A DNA stretch of 64,000 nt, taken from Candidatus Saccharimonadota bacterium. GTDB taxonomy: Bacteria; Patescibacteriota; Saccharimonadia; Saccharimonadales; AWTP1-31. This document shows, piece by piece, positions 50,206 through 60,160 of the stretch (positions are counted from its first letter, which is position 1; each line of letters begins with the position of its first letter). Where the stretch lies: assembly GCA_026395435.1 (NCBI GenBank), contig JAPLYT010000003.1:135328-199327 (forward strand), written 5' to 3'. The position numbers and the translations under genes are program-made. Under the pieces are notes generated by a model. That model saw nothing but the letters and a program-made list of their open reading frames with translations, was not told the DNA's origin and made no database searches.

Positions 50206-50243
50206 GATCAGCAGACCGATTTAAAGCGGACTGCTGATCTTTT
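50206..50243 (+). terminator. intrinsic terminator after rpsR
   Basis: GATCAGCAGACCG...CGGACTGCTGATC-TTTT. Confidence 0.8.
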
Positions 50244-50292
50244 GTCATATCGAGTACGCGTACTCGTCTCAACTGAAAAGGACACCGACCCA

Positions 50293-50859
50293 ATGGCACT
50301 CAGCATTACCGATCTCAAAAAAGGAACAATTTTTAAACTCGATGGCACACCGTATCGGGTTGTTGACTATAACCAAAAAGTTATGGGTCGTGGTGGATCA
50401 ATCGTTAACGTCCGCATTAAGAGCTTACTCGATGGCAGTGTCCTGGCCAAGACATTCAAAGGCAACGAACAACTCGACTATGCAGACGTCAGCAATCAAA
50501 ACGTCCAGTATCTCTATAGCGATACCAACACCTTTTATTTTATGGACGAAGTCAGCTTCGAACAATTCGAAGTTCCTGCTGTAATTCTCGGCGATCAAAC
50601 AGGGTATCTCAAAGAAGGCGACCGCGCCCAAGCCCAACTTTTCGATGGACGAGTTATCAACATCGAACTTCCCAAGAATGTTCCACTACTTGTGACCTAT
50701 ACCGAAGATGTCGTCAAAGGCGATACTACCAGCAACGTCATGAAAGACGCCACTGTCGAGACCGGAATCATCATCAAAGTACCATCATTCATCAAGCAGG
50801 GTGATGTTATCAACGTCGATACCACTACAGGCGCATACCGAGAGCGTGTTAAAGAATAA
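50293..50859 (+). CDS. efp: elongation factor P
   Basis: DLKKG, MGRGG loop, QYLY, KGDT, K.A.VETG, VP.FI..GD, Y.ER; start ATG 50293. Confidence 0.95.
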   Translation: MALSITDLKKGTIFKLDGTPYRVVDYNQKVMGRGGSIVNVRIKSLLDGSVLAKTFKGNEQLDYADVSNQNVQYLYSDTNTFYFMDEVSFEQFEVPAVILGDQTGYLKEGDRAQAQLFDGRVINIELPKNVPLLVTYTEDVVKGDTTSNVMKDATVETGIIIKVPSFIKQGDVINVDTTTGAYRERVKE

Positions 50860-50905
50860 CCCTCAGACCTAGTACGCCATATGATAATAAAGGTACAATT
50901 TAAGC

Positions 50906-51172
50906 ATGACATATAAAGATTTCATTGATCTATCCGGGTTGATTGCGGCAGGCTGTATCTCTATTGCATTATTTGTATTTCTAGCCTTGGTATTTCCGCG
51001 CGATGGATTGGTTCTTAATCGAAAGAGATGGGATAGCCTGACGAAGGACTATCGAGATCCTAACATCGCCGTCGGCGGGCCTATTGGAATTGTCTTAAAA
51101 CTTTTAAAAGTGGGGTTATTCTTTGCTGTACTCACAGGGCTGTTATTCATATTCGAGAGATTCACTACATGA
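50906..51172 (+). CDS. small two-TM hypothetical protein
   Basis: Two hydrophobic helices; ATGA overlap with tlyA. Confidence 0.65.
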   Translation: MTYKDFIDLSGLIAAGCISIALFVFLALVFPRDGLVLNRKRWDSLTKDYRDPNIAVGGPIGIVLKLLKVGLFFAVLTGLLFIFERFTT

Positions 51173-51897
51173 CTAATCAAAAAATTCGTCTCGATCAGCT
51201 TGTACTCCAGAAAAGTTTTGTTGTCTCGCGCTCACAGGCCGAGAGCCATATTAAACTGGGCAATGTGACAGTGAATGGGCTTGTCGTGAAGCGAGCAGGG
51301 ACCCTCGTATGGCCCGATGCCGACATTCAATTTACGGCTACCGAACAATACGTTTCTCGAGCCGGACTTAAGCTTGCCAGCGTAGCTTCTACCCTAAAGC
51401 TCAACTTCAGAGATACCGTCGTGCTCGACGTCGGCTCATCTACCGGTGGTTTCACGGATTATGCTCTCAAGCACGGTGCCCGAAAAGTTATCGCTGTAGA
51501 ACTTGGTAAAGACCAGTTACATCCCTCACTGCATGGCAATCCCCAAATCGAACTCCACGAACAGACAGACATTCGAACGTTTAAGACAAAAGAACTAATC
51601 GATATTGTCGTGGCCGACGTATCGTTCGTCAGCCTTCGCGATATTCTACCTTCGGTCGCCAAGCTTTGCACCAAGCAAACGCTCATCGTTGCTATGGTCA
51701 AGCCTCAGTTCGAAGCCAGGTCGAGCAATGTCTCGCACAACGGCGTTATTAAGAACGAAAAAGTCCGCCGTGAAATCCTCAAGGATTTTGAATTTTGGGT
51801 TCGAGGTGGTTTTGTAGTCGTAGACAAATCAGACTCTGACGTCGCAGGAGCAAAAGGCAACCGCGAGCGGTTTTATCTCCTCAAAAAAAGTAAATGA
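51169..51897 (+). CDS. tlyA: TlyA-family rRNA 2'-O-methyltransferase
   Basis: S4 domain RLD, YVSRAGLKL, DVGSSTGGFTD, DVSFVSL, KPQFE, GNRE. Confidence 0.95.
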   Translation: MTNQKIRLDQLVLQKSFVVSRSQAESHIKLGNVTVNGLVVKRAGTLVWPDADIQFTATEQYVSRAGLKLASVASTLKLNFRDTVVLDVGSSTGGFTDYALKHGARKVIAVELGKDQLHPSLHGNPQIELHEQTDIRTFKTKELIDIVVADVSFVSLRDILPSVAKLCTKQTLIVAMVKPQFEARSSNVSHNGVIKNEKVRREILKDFEFWVRGGFVVVDKSDSDVAGAKGNRERFYLLKKSK

Positions 51898-51933
51898 TAG
51901 TTTATCCGATAGAACATACGGTACAATTGTCGC

Positions 51934-52587
51934 ATGTACTTTATTAACCGCGTAGAAGCGGGCAAGCAGCTCACTGAGAAACTTCTCAAATACAAGCATG
52001 AAAAATGCACACTCGTTGCATTATCGGATGGAGCCACTGTTATCGCTGCGCAATCTGCCACCGTTCTCAATAGTCCAATCGTTATGTTACTAAGCGAAGG
52101 TATCCATGCACCTGGTGAATCAGTGGCAGTCGCCAATATAAATCAGGCGGGTAATTACGGGTTCAATTCTGCCTATTCAGCAGGGCAGCTCGATGAATTT
52201 AATATGGAATACCATCAAGTTTTTGAACAAAGTAAGCTTGAAAAATTGAGTAAGATGCATCGATTGCTTGGTAAATTGGGCGTTATAAAGCCAGATTTAT
52301 TACGAGGCCGAACGGTTATTCTTATCGCCGATGGCCTCGGTGATGCTACGTCGATCGATTCAGCCATGCTGTATTTGAAATCAATCAAAGTCAAAAAACT
52401 GATAATCGCCACTCCGTTTGCCAGTGTTGATGTTGTCGACAGGATGCACTTACTCGCTGATGAGATCGCCTGTCTCAACGTCGTTCAAAACTTTATGGGC
52501 GTAAATCATTATTACGAAGATAACCTCATACCGTCGCATGAAACAGTTGTTAAAACGATTCAAACAATGGTTAAATCCTGGAAATAA
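51934..52587 (+). CDS. phosphoribosyltransferase-fold protein, degenerate PRPP motif
   Basis: F.NR.EAG..L, GRTVILIADG, ADEI.CL, V..YY.D. Confidence 0.75.
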   Translation: MYFINRVEAGKQLTEKLLKYKHEKCTLVALSDGATVIAAQSATVLNSPIVMLLSEGIHAPGESVAVANINQAGNYGFNSAYSAGQLDEFNMEYHQVFEQSKLEKLSKMHRLLGKLGVIKPDLLRGRTVILIADGLGDATSIDSAMLYLKSIKVKKLIIATPFASVDVVDRMHLLADEIACLNVVQNFMGVNHYYEDNLIPSHETVVKTIQTMVKSWK

Positions 52588-52600
52588 CTAGAGCGTCAGA

Positions 52601-53677
52601 TTATACGTTAAATCGAAATTCAACGATATCACCAGGTTGCATCACGTATGTCTTACCCTCGGTACGTACCTTGCCAGCGGCTTTAGCGGCTTGTTCAGTT
52701 CCTGCGGTCATCAAATCATCATAGTCGACTACTTGGGCGGCAATGAATCCACGTTCAAAATCGCCATGTATCACGCCAGCTGCCTGTGGTGCAGTATCGC
52801 CCTTGTGAATCGTCCAGGCTCGTACTTCTTGCGGGCCAGCAGTCAAATAGCTCTGCAATCCAAGGACATCATAGGCAGTATGGATTAGCTGGTTCAATCC
52901 TGATTCTTCCTGGCCATAACTAGCAAGCATCTCAACCCTATCGCCTTCATCCAGACCTCGGAGTTCGCTCTCTAACTTCGCACATATAAATAGTGCTTGA
53001 TTGGGCGCTACCAATGTTCGTAATTCTTGTTTGCGCTCATCATTCGTCAATGTTTGCTCATCAACATTGAATACATACATCACGGTTTTTGCCGTTATCA
53101 GCTGAAGATCAGCTACCAGCGTTAAATCAACATCGAGCGAAGAGGCAAGCTTGCCAGCGTCGAGTCCTTCGAGGATAGTCTTATAGGCTTCTGCCACTGG
53201 TTTGAGCTTTACATCAGCCCGAGCTTCTTTTTCGATTCGAGGCATTCGTTTTTCTACCGACTGAAGATCGGCCAGAATAAGCTCAGTGTTGATAACATCG
53301 ATATCTTTAGCCGGGTCGGCGACGTCATCAACATGGATCACATTACTATCATCAAATGCTCGCACCACGTGGGCAATAGCATTACAGGTTCTAATATTCG
53401 CCAAAAACTGATTTCCTAGACCTTCGCCTTGCGAGGCACCAGCCACCAACCCAGCAATATCGACAAAATTGACTGTGGCAGGCAAGACCTTTTTGCTGCC
53501 ATAGAGGGTGGCCAGTTTTTCAAGCCGAGCATCTGGCACAGGTACGATCCCCGTGTTTGGCTCTATAGTCGCAAACGGATAATTTGCGGCCAATACTTCA
53601 TTATCCGTCAGGGCATTAAATAATGTCGATTTACCGACATTAGGCAGCCCAACGATTCCGATACTTAGTGAACTCAT
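52601..53677 (-). CDS. ychF: ribosome-binding ATPase YchF
   Basis: GIVGLPNVGKST, NYPFATIEPN, DIAGLV, GEGLGNQFL, TGS domain. Confidence 0.98.
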   Translation of the reverse strand: MSSLSIGIVGLPNVGKSTLFNALTDNEVLAANYPFATIEPNTGIVPVPDARLEKLATLYGSKKVLPATVNFVDIAGLVAGASQGEGLGNQFLANIRTCNAIAHVVRAFDDSNVIHVDDVADPAKDIDVINTELILADLQSVEKRMPRIEKEARADVKLKPVAEAYKTILEGLDAGKLASSLDVDLTLVADLQLITAKTVMYVFNVDEQTLTNDERKQELRTLVAPNQALFICAKLESELRGLDEGDRVEMLASYGQEESGLNQLIHTAYDVLGLQSYLTAGPQEVRAWTIHKGDTAPQAAGVIHGDFERGFIAAQVVDYDDLMTAGTEQAAKAAGKVRTEGKTYVMQPGDIVEFRFNV

Positions 53678-53772
53678 ACCATGATTATAACAGAGGTAGC
53701 AATCATTCCAAAAACTTGACCAAAACGCTTAAGTATGCTAATATACAAGGTGAAAGTACGCAAAACAAAAAA

Positions 53773-55494
53773 ATGACAAAAACCGTAGATCCAACAGACA
53801 TGCAGACTCGTCTAGATCACTCTAGAAGCATTGAAGACGCTGAGCGTTTTCGAGCTATTGATACGCTCAAGGAACTCGGTCTTTTGATTCCGGTTACTGA
53901 CCTTGAGACATATCATGGTAGGGCTGGCGATAGTAGTGAAGGTACATGGCAGGTGGACCCGAGTTTTACCAATGGTAGTAATGATAGCGGAAATAGTAAT
54001 GTTAATGAGCGGCCAACGCTTTATACTGGCGACCAAGAAACTGCTCGGGATATTGCAGATAAAAGGGTTGGTTTTTCACAAGCAAATAAGCAGCGTCGTG
54101 CCGAAATACATGAAATAGTTCATGCCGATCCCGATGCCACCATTATAGACTTAGGTTTTGACAGCTCAAAGCTCGATGATCACGACAAGGCAAGATATGC
54201 AGAAGCGCTAAAAGCACTGATTATTCCGGTGACCGAGGGTTCACCAGTCGGATTTGAGCACAAAGATGCGCTCGGACCATACGTCCAAGCATCAAAACGT
54301 CTGCAAAAAAACTTTCTTACCGTGTCAGATGTAGCGACTATTGTTGCTGAGTCTGGCGTAGACCAAGCACTGGCAGACCAATTAGCGGGAGGCTACAATG
54401 CGCGCTTTCTTGCACATATACACCCATCGTATCTCGTACACAAACTGCTTAATAGCAGACATGATATTGTTACGGGTGCACTTGATGATGGCGGTAAAAT
54501 GCAGGAGCTCCCAATCAATCTTGAATATGTTGAGCGATATCTGAGGCTTGCTCACATAGTAGGAGTAAAGCAAACTCTCAACTCAGCGACTTTAGCCCGA
54601 AAAATTACTTCAGTTTCATTCTTTGATTTAGAAAGAACTAAAACAGCAGAATCACTTGCATCAGAGCGTGAGGCAACATGGAAGAGGCTCGGTGGCGCAG
54701 CTACTCTATTAAAGGAAATAGCGAAAGCAGAAGCCAAACCTCGCGATTTATTACATGCATTACTTCAAGATGTTCATGCAAAACCTGAAAAGCTTATCCA
54801 GGCAGCAAGATTAGTGGAAGGGTATGATCAAATTTTTGATGCAGATGCAGGAAACTGGGAAGGTTTCACTCTGGCTGAGCATACGGAAACGGTTTTACGA
54901 AATTTTGATGAGAACTTTGCCGACAAAATTCCCGTAGAATTTTTAGCTCCAATGAGACTAGCAATCATAGCGCATGATCTCGGCAAACCTGCCGCCAATG
55001 CGAATGGACAAAAACATCTCCAAAAAGAATACAATGCATCGCAAGCAAATGATTTCTTGGCAAAGGCTGGCGTTGACGATCGTTTGAAAGGAATTATATT
55101 GGCTGTAATTGGGAATGGTTCCTCTCTTGCCTATAAGGTAGATATTGGCGGTGAAGGCGAGACAGCCAAAGCTCAATTATACGAGTGGGCTCGAAACACT
55201 CTCAGTAAATTTAGCCCAAAAGGCGAGCATATAGATGATCAGATTGCTGGTTTCGTAGATATGTGTCGGATGTTACAAATATGTGACGGTGGTGCCTATA
55301 CCAGTATGGCAGTAACCAGTAGAGGCAATAGTAGGGTTAGATTTAGAAATGCGCCATCATTCAACAGAAGCTTTGCTCCGCCTGTAGGGCTGGGAAGGCG
55401 ATCGATACGACTGAGAAATGGTAGAGCCACCCATGCCTCATACGACTTGACTCCAAAAGCTGCCGAAAGGCAGACTATGAAAAAGGCGTCGTAA
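53773..55494 (+). CDS. hypothetical protein: ART-like N-terminal motifs + C-terminal HD domain
   Basis: TYHGR...TLYTG..TARDIA; EHTETV...IIAHDLGK...CD; promoter TTGACC-N17-TAATAT at 53716-44 supports ATG 53773. Confidence 0.7.
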   Translation: MTKTVDPTDMQTRLDHSRSIEDAERFRAIDTLKELGLLIPVTDLETYHGRAGDSSEGTWQVDPSFTNGSNDSGNSNVNERPTLYTGDQETARDIADKRVGFSQANKQRRAEIHEIVHADPDATIIDLGFDSSKLDDHDKARYAEALKALIIPVTEGSPVGFEHKDALGPYVQASKRLQKNFLTVSDVATIVAESGVDQALADQLAGGYNARFLAHIHPSYLVHKLLNSRHDIVTGALDDGGKMQELPINLEYVERYLRLAHIVGVKQTLNSATLARKITSVSFFDLERTKTAESLASEREATWKRLGGAATLLKEIAKAEAKPRDLLHALLQDVHAKPEKLIQAARLVEGYDQIFDADAGNWEGFTLAEHTETVLRNFDENFADKIPVEFLAPMRLAIIAHDLGKPAANANGQKHLQKEYNASQANDFLAKAGVDDRLKGIILAVIGNGSSLAYKVDIGGEGETAKAQLYEWARNTLSKFSPKGEHIDDQIAGFVDMCRMLQICDGGAYTSMAVTSRGNSRVRFRNAPSFNRSFAPPVGLGRRSIRLRNGRATHASYDLTPKAAERQTMKKAS

Positions 55495-55625
55495 AAAGCA
55501 GTTGGTTTAGGTTTAGTTTACAGAGATCATAAGCTACCAGTAGTCTTTGCACGCCTATATATCAAATACCGCCATCTCATTCCGGAGGTGCTATACTAAG
55601 CACAAACGGTAAAAGTTGAGACAAC

Positions 55626-57104
55626 ATGGAAAAACGTCAGAAAAAGATTGGTGTAAAAACGCTACAATTTTGGTGGTTTGGTGTTTCGAGCCCACAGGCC
55701 AGCGATGGTTCGCAAAACCCTGATTCTTTTTTGCGCCGTCATTATCATTGGGTTTCGCTTGGCGCCGCTGCTGGAGTGTTCGTTGTTATAGCTGGCATTT
55801 GGCTGATCGCACAACCTTTTGGTAGGCGAATGCAGATCGGAAATGAAACTGTTACTGGTAGAAGCTCTCAGAAATCAATTGAGCAGATTATTACGAGTCA
55901 GGTAAAAAAATACACTATTTCTATAGCCGACGGCGATAAAAAAGCAAAACAATACTCGCTTAGCGACGCCGGAGTAGCTTTTGATGCACAGAAGAGTGCA
56001 CGTTCTGCTATCGCATACAATGGCTCTTTGAATCGTCGACTCGTCTGGTGGAAAACAGACAAGCCAGCATTAGTACTAACTATCCAAGAGCAGAAATACC
56101 AGGAATTTTTACAAGCGCACGCGCATATCGTCGGTAAGCCACTGGTCAATGCATCTCTTACGGTGCAATCCGACGGAACTATTACGCTTGTTTCGGCAGC
56201 GCCAGGCACCGAACGATCTTCTCAAAGTAGTGACGCTGATATTAAGGGCCTGATATCTCACTTAGAACCGGTAAATATTGAGCTCTCAGAACGCACAATT
56301 CTGCCCGTCATTACTGATAAAATAGTTGAAAAGTCTAAAGCTAGTGTAGAAAAAATACTCACCCGGTCCATTACATTCCAGGCTGAATCTCAGACTATCA
56401 CTGCTAGCAGTAATGATATTGCTTCGTGGCTAACTATTACACCAAATATCACCAAAAGGAAATATGATATTTCGGTAGACCCAGCTAAGGTATCAGATTA
56501 CGTCAATAAAATTTCAGCATCCACCACTCGTCGTCCTCGTGACCAAGTTGTCGTTACGAGCCCCGACGGCAACCGGTCTGTACTCGTTCAAGGTATCAAC
56601 GGACGGGATGTGGCTAATAAAAAAGAAATCACCGATGCTCTGAGTACTGGCTTACAAAAAGATGGCGCCATTTCGCTCACTCTGAACTTTACGTTCGCGC
56701 CATTTAAATCTGTCGAAGCCACATCCGGTCCAAAGTTGATAGAAGTAAATCTATCTACGAAACGAATGGACGTCTATGAAAATAGCGTGCTGCTTCGTAC
56801 CTTCCTGATTTCAGCAGGGGCACCAGCTACTCCGACGGTCACTGGTCAGTACGCCATTTACTCCAAAGTACGCTCTCAAGACATGCGTGGCTTCAATGCC
56901 GATGGCTCTACCTATTTCACACCAAACGTCGAATACGTAAATTATTTCTACCGAGACTACGCCATCCACGGAAACTACTGGCGACCAGTAAGCTACTTCG
57001 GGGCAGTCAACGCTTCTCACGGTTGCGTCGGCATTCTCAATGGCGATGCTGAATGGGTCTACAACTGGGCACCCATCGGCACACCAGTTCTGGTACATAC
57101 GTGA
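55626..57104 (+). CDS. membrane-anchored L,D-transpeptidase (YkuD domain)
   Basis: IEVNLSTKRM, TPTVTG.Y.IY.K, YAIHG...SHGCV, GTPV. Confidence 0.92.
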   Translation: MEKRQKKIGVKTLQFWWFGVSSPQASDGSQNPDSFLRRHYHWVSLGAAAGVFVVIAGIWLIAQPFGRRMQIGNETVTGRSSQKSIEQIITSQVKKYTISIADGDKKAKQYSLSDAGVAFDAQKSARSAIAYNGSLNRRLVWWKTDKPALVLTIQEQKYQEFLQAHAHIVGKPLVNASLTVQSDGTITLVSAAPGTERSSQSSDADIKGLISHLEPVNIELSERTILPVITDKIVEKSKASVEKILTRSITFQAESQTITASSNDIASWLTITPNITKRKYDISVDPAKVSDYVNKISASTTRRPRDQVVVTSPDGNRSVLVQGINGRDVANKKEITDALSTGLQKDGAISLTLNFTFAPFKSVEATSGPKLIEVNLSTKRMDVYENSVLLRTFLISAGAPATPTVTGQYAIYSKVRSQDMRGFNADGSTYFTPNVEYVNYFYRDYAIHGNYWRPVSYFGAVNASHGCVGILNGDAEWVYNWAPIGTPVLVHT

Positions 57105-57141
57105 TTGTTATTTCCCTCAAGCATAAGTATAATAAATTCAA

Positions 57142-57660
57142 ATGGGAAAAACCGAGGACACATCAGTGAATGAAACCCAGGCGGTGGGGGCACATAAAAA
57201 GTCGCATAAACGCAGGCTTCGTGTGTTTAATTTATTCTCAGTCATAGTTTTTGTTGCAGCAATGGGATTCCTCGGATATAAAATTTTAGATCGTAAGCTC
57301 ATCGTGCAAAGCGGCTGTAGCGGTCAAGCAACCAGCCCAATCTATGATAAGGCAGCAACGCTGATGACCCCTCAAAAACTAAATGAACTTAAGAATTATA
57401 CTGATGAAATATCCAAAATAAAGGGCCATGAGAGCGATGCAAACTGTATTTATCCTGTCCTTTATTACCATCTAAGTATCGGTGATATCCCTGGTGCCAA
57501 AACAGAATATGAAAAATTAAAGAATGCATACGATGTTCAGATCAAACTAGCCTCAGTCTATAATAACGCTGCCGCTACGCTTACTGATGTCGATTCACAG
57601 ATGAAGCGCCTCGATGATACACAGACCGAATTTAATCGAAATAGGACATTCTCCGAATGA
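57142..57660 (+). CDS. membrane-anchored helical protein
   Basis: N-terminal TM, Cys pair, TPR-like helix pattern; ATGA overlap with next gene. Confidence 0.7.
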   Translation: MGKTEDTSVNETQAVGAHKKSHKRRLRVFNLFSVIVFVAAMGFLGYKILDRKLIVQSGCSGQATSPIYDKAATLMTPQKLNELKNYTDEISKIKGHESDANCIYPVLYYHLSIGDIPGAKTEYEKLKNAYDVQIKLASVYNNAAATLTDVDSQMKRLDDTQTEFNRNRTFSE

Positions 57661-60089
57661 TATATACATCATCGCGCTATCTGATTGTGAAGACTATGTT
57701 ATTTTCAGCATTTTTAGTAGGTATTTTTGGTGCGGTCGGCCCCGTCAAGGCTCATGCAATATCCAATAATAATTATTGGATACCCAATTTTATCACCGAT
57801 CAACAAGAAGCTAATAGTTTGCGTACATGTGATAAGCCAAATCCTCCGGCGCAGTATAATTACGCTCAATTCAGATGGATTTCTCCAAAAGACGCCCACA
57901 AGACGACAAGCACCACCCCGTCGCTTGATGTGAATTATGGTCAAAGTTCAATAGACTTAACAGTAAATTACTTATCTACTATTTGCAACGCTAACATTAA
58001 TGGGCCCTATACGGCAATAAATCCATATTTTAATGGTGGTATAAAGGTCAAAGATAAACGTATAACCAGTTTTACAAATGTCGCTGGAACTGCTTCGTCT
58101 ACAATGAATGGAGCTCCGTTCGGCATACTAAGTGGTATCGACGGTGTGGCTACAAATGTATTGTACGCTGATGGTTATAAGTATGACTGGCGCTATATGG
58201 CTCAAATAGATTCGAAACCGTTTCATAATGATTTCACTCTCAGCGGTATTGGTACGTTAAGCGTTGGTCTGCATACCATAGAGATCAAAGTCGAAACTCG
58301 AGCTGTTCATCAAGACAGCGCTGGCAATTTTGTTTGTGTTGACTACCAAAAACCTAAAGACAGCGGCTACGCCACCAGTCTTAACGACCCAAAATGCCTA
58401 AAGACACCTGTCACAATGACTGTAATTATTAACGTCCTTCCAAAGCCAGATACAAAACCTACTGCAAATATTAGTGCAGATTGTACGAACATTTATATAA
58501 ATAATGCCACCGATTCAGACGCGCCCAGCCAAGAGATTGATTTTTCAGTGATTTACGGTAGTCGTGTTCTTAGCACAGGTACCACAAGTAATGGCAAGGC
58601 GACCTACGACTTAACCGATCAGGGTATTCCTGCAGGAAGTTCAATACTCGTTGGTCTTACAAACTTCAACCCAGACGGAGCCAAAGATAACGGATCTGGA
58701 TTCCCCGGGAAGGCAGGGTGGTACCCTGTCACTTGGCCACCGGTAGGTTCAGTATGTCCGGCTTATATTATTAAGCACGCTCCATCAGTGTCACTAAGTC
58801 CAGATGACGAACAGCCTACATCTGCTACTTTTACTAGCACTGCAAAGGTAGTGAGTCTATTCGGTACGATACCTAAGGTAAAAAATGTGACGATCACATG
58901 TACCTATAGGATCTTGAAGGCAGGCGGTGCTTATACGACTCCCGCCGGCTGGACGGAATCCGCATCCGCACTAGATATTATTAGTGCAGGCATACCGGTA
59001 TGTAGCCCGCTTTCAGGTTTAGGTATACCCCCAGGAACAATTACGGGCGACCAAGTTTGCCTCAAGGTGACCGCAAGCCCAGGATCTGGGATTGTAGATG
59101 GGGCAGGCAACGTTTCGTTGACCCCACGAACAGACACCTTTGAAGAGAAATGTTCACCAATCGTGAACAAACCCTACGTCTCCTTCTACGGTGCAGATGT
59201 TCGAGCTGGATCGTATGCCTGCGGTGGCGCACGTTCTACGACTGGTGCTATTAAAACATTCATAAAAGGCTCTAATGGTTCTGGCTCAGAACTCGCCGCC
59301 TTTGCACTTTCTACAATTAGCGGATTCAATACCGCCAAAAATAGATCAAACCCTAGTCCTGTCATGACGTTTGCGAATTCACCAGCCCCTACGAGAGGGA
59401 GCTTCGGCGAATATGCGTGTAGGCCAGATGATTTTAATACCGCGGACACAACAAATCTGACTTCTAACCAAATCAACGTATCTAGTCTTGCGTCAGGGAG
59501 ATACAAAAAAACTGGAAACGTAACTATTAACGGAGGAAGTCTGACATTGGGCCAGCATATATACCTCTATGTCACCGGTGACGTTAGAATAACCGGTTCA
59601 ATAACAGACGCAAGTGGCAACTGGTCTAGCCGTAGTCAGATTCCTAGCCTATATATTTATGCCAAAGGCAATATAACTATCGATAACGCAGTTACCAAAC
59701 TGTATGGAGTCTATACCGCTCAAAAAAATGGAAATATTGGCGGTACTATAAATACATGCACAGAAGCTACCAACAGCTTAGGAGCAAATAATTATAATGC
59801 TTGTTCAAATCAATTGCTCATAGATGGGGCATTTGTTGCAGATAAGGTCAACTTGCAGCGTACATTCGGTTCGCTCAGAGATTCAGCCGCCCAAGATTCA
59901 AATCCGCTTTCTGGAGGAACCGTGAGTTGTTCAGGCAATACTCCATCCTCGGTGGCGCCACTGTGTGCAGCAGAAGTCTTTATGTTCAGTCCAAGTTTGT
60001 ACCTCGCTGATCCGCCAACGATTACGAGCGTGCCCGGAACGTCTTCTGGTACATACGATTATATTACGACCTTACCTCCGTTTTTGTAG
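57657..60089 (+). CDS. large secreted Cys-rich beta protein, putative pilus-associated adhesin
   Basis: Signal peptide ending AHA, many paired Cys, repetitive beta-strand C-terminus (YVTGDVRITGSI, YAKGNITID), immediately before pilM. Confidence 0.7.
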   Translation: MIYTSSRYLIVKTMLFSAFLVGIFGAVGPVKAHAISNNNYWIPNFITDQQEANSLRTCDKPNPPAQYNYAQFRWISPKDAHKTTSTTPSLDVNYGQSSIDLTVNYLSTICNANINGPYTAINPYFNGGIKVKDKRITSFTNVAGTASSTMNGAPFGILSGIDGVATNVLYADGYKYDWRYMAQIDSKPFHNDFTLSGIGTLSVGLHTIEIKVETRAVHQDSAGNFVCVDYQKPKDSGYATSLNDPKCLKTPVTMTVIINVLPKPDTKPTANISADCTNIYINNATDSDAPSQEIDFSVIYGSRVLSTGTTSNGKATYDLTDQGIPAGSSILVGLTNFNPDGAKDNGSGFPGKAGWYPVTWPPVGSVCPAYIIKHAPSVSLSPDDEQPTSATFTSTAKVVSLFGTIPKVKNVTITCTYRILKAGGAYTTPAGWTESASALDIISAGIPVCSPLSGLGIPPGTITGDQVCLKVTASPGSGIVDGAGNVSLTPRTDTFEEKCSPIVNKPYVSFYGADVRAGSYACGGARSTTGAIKTFIKGSNGSGSELAAFALSTISGFNTAKNRSNPSPVMTFANSPAPTRGSFGEYACRPDDFNTADTTNLTSNQINVSSLASGRYKKTGNVTINGGSLTLGQHIYLYVTGDVRITGSITDASGNWSSRSQIPSLYIYAKGNITIDNAVTKLYGVYTAQKNGNIGGTINTCTEATNSLGANNYNACSNQLLIDGAFVADKVNLQRTFGSLRDSAAQDSNPLSGGTVSCSGNTPSSVAPLCAAEVFMFSPSLYLADPPTITSVPGTSSGTYDYITTLPPFL

Positions 60090-60160
60090 AAATACGCGTC
60101 AATTATTTTTCGTAAACATTCGTTTGTGACACGCAATGCTTATGCTATAATTTATGTAAT

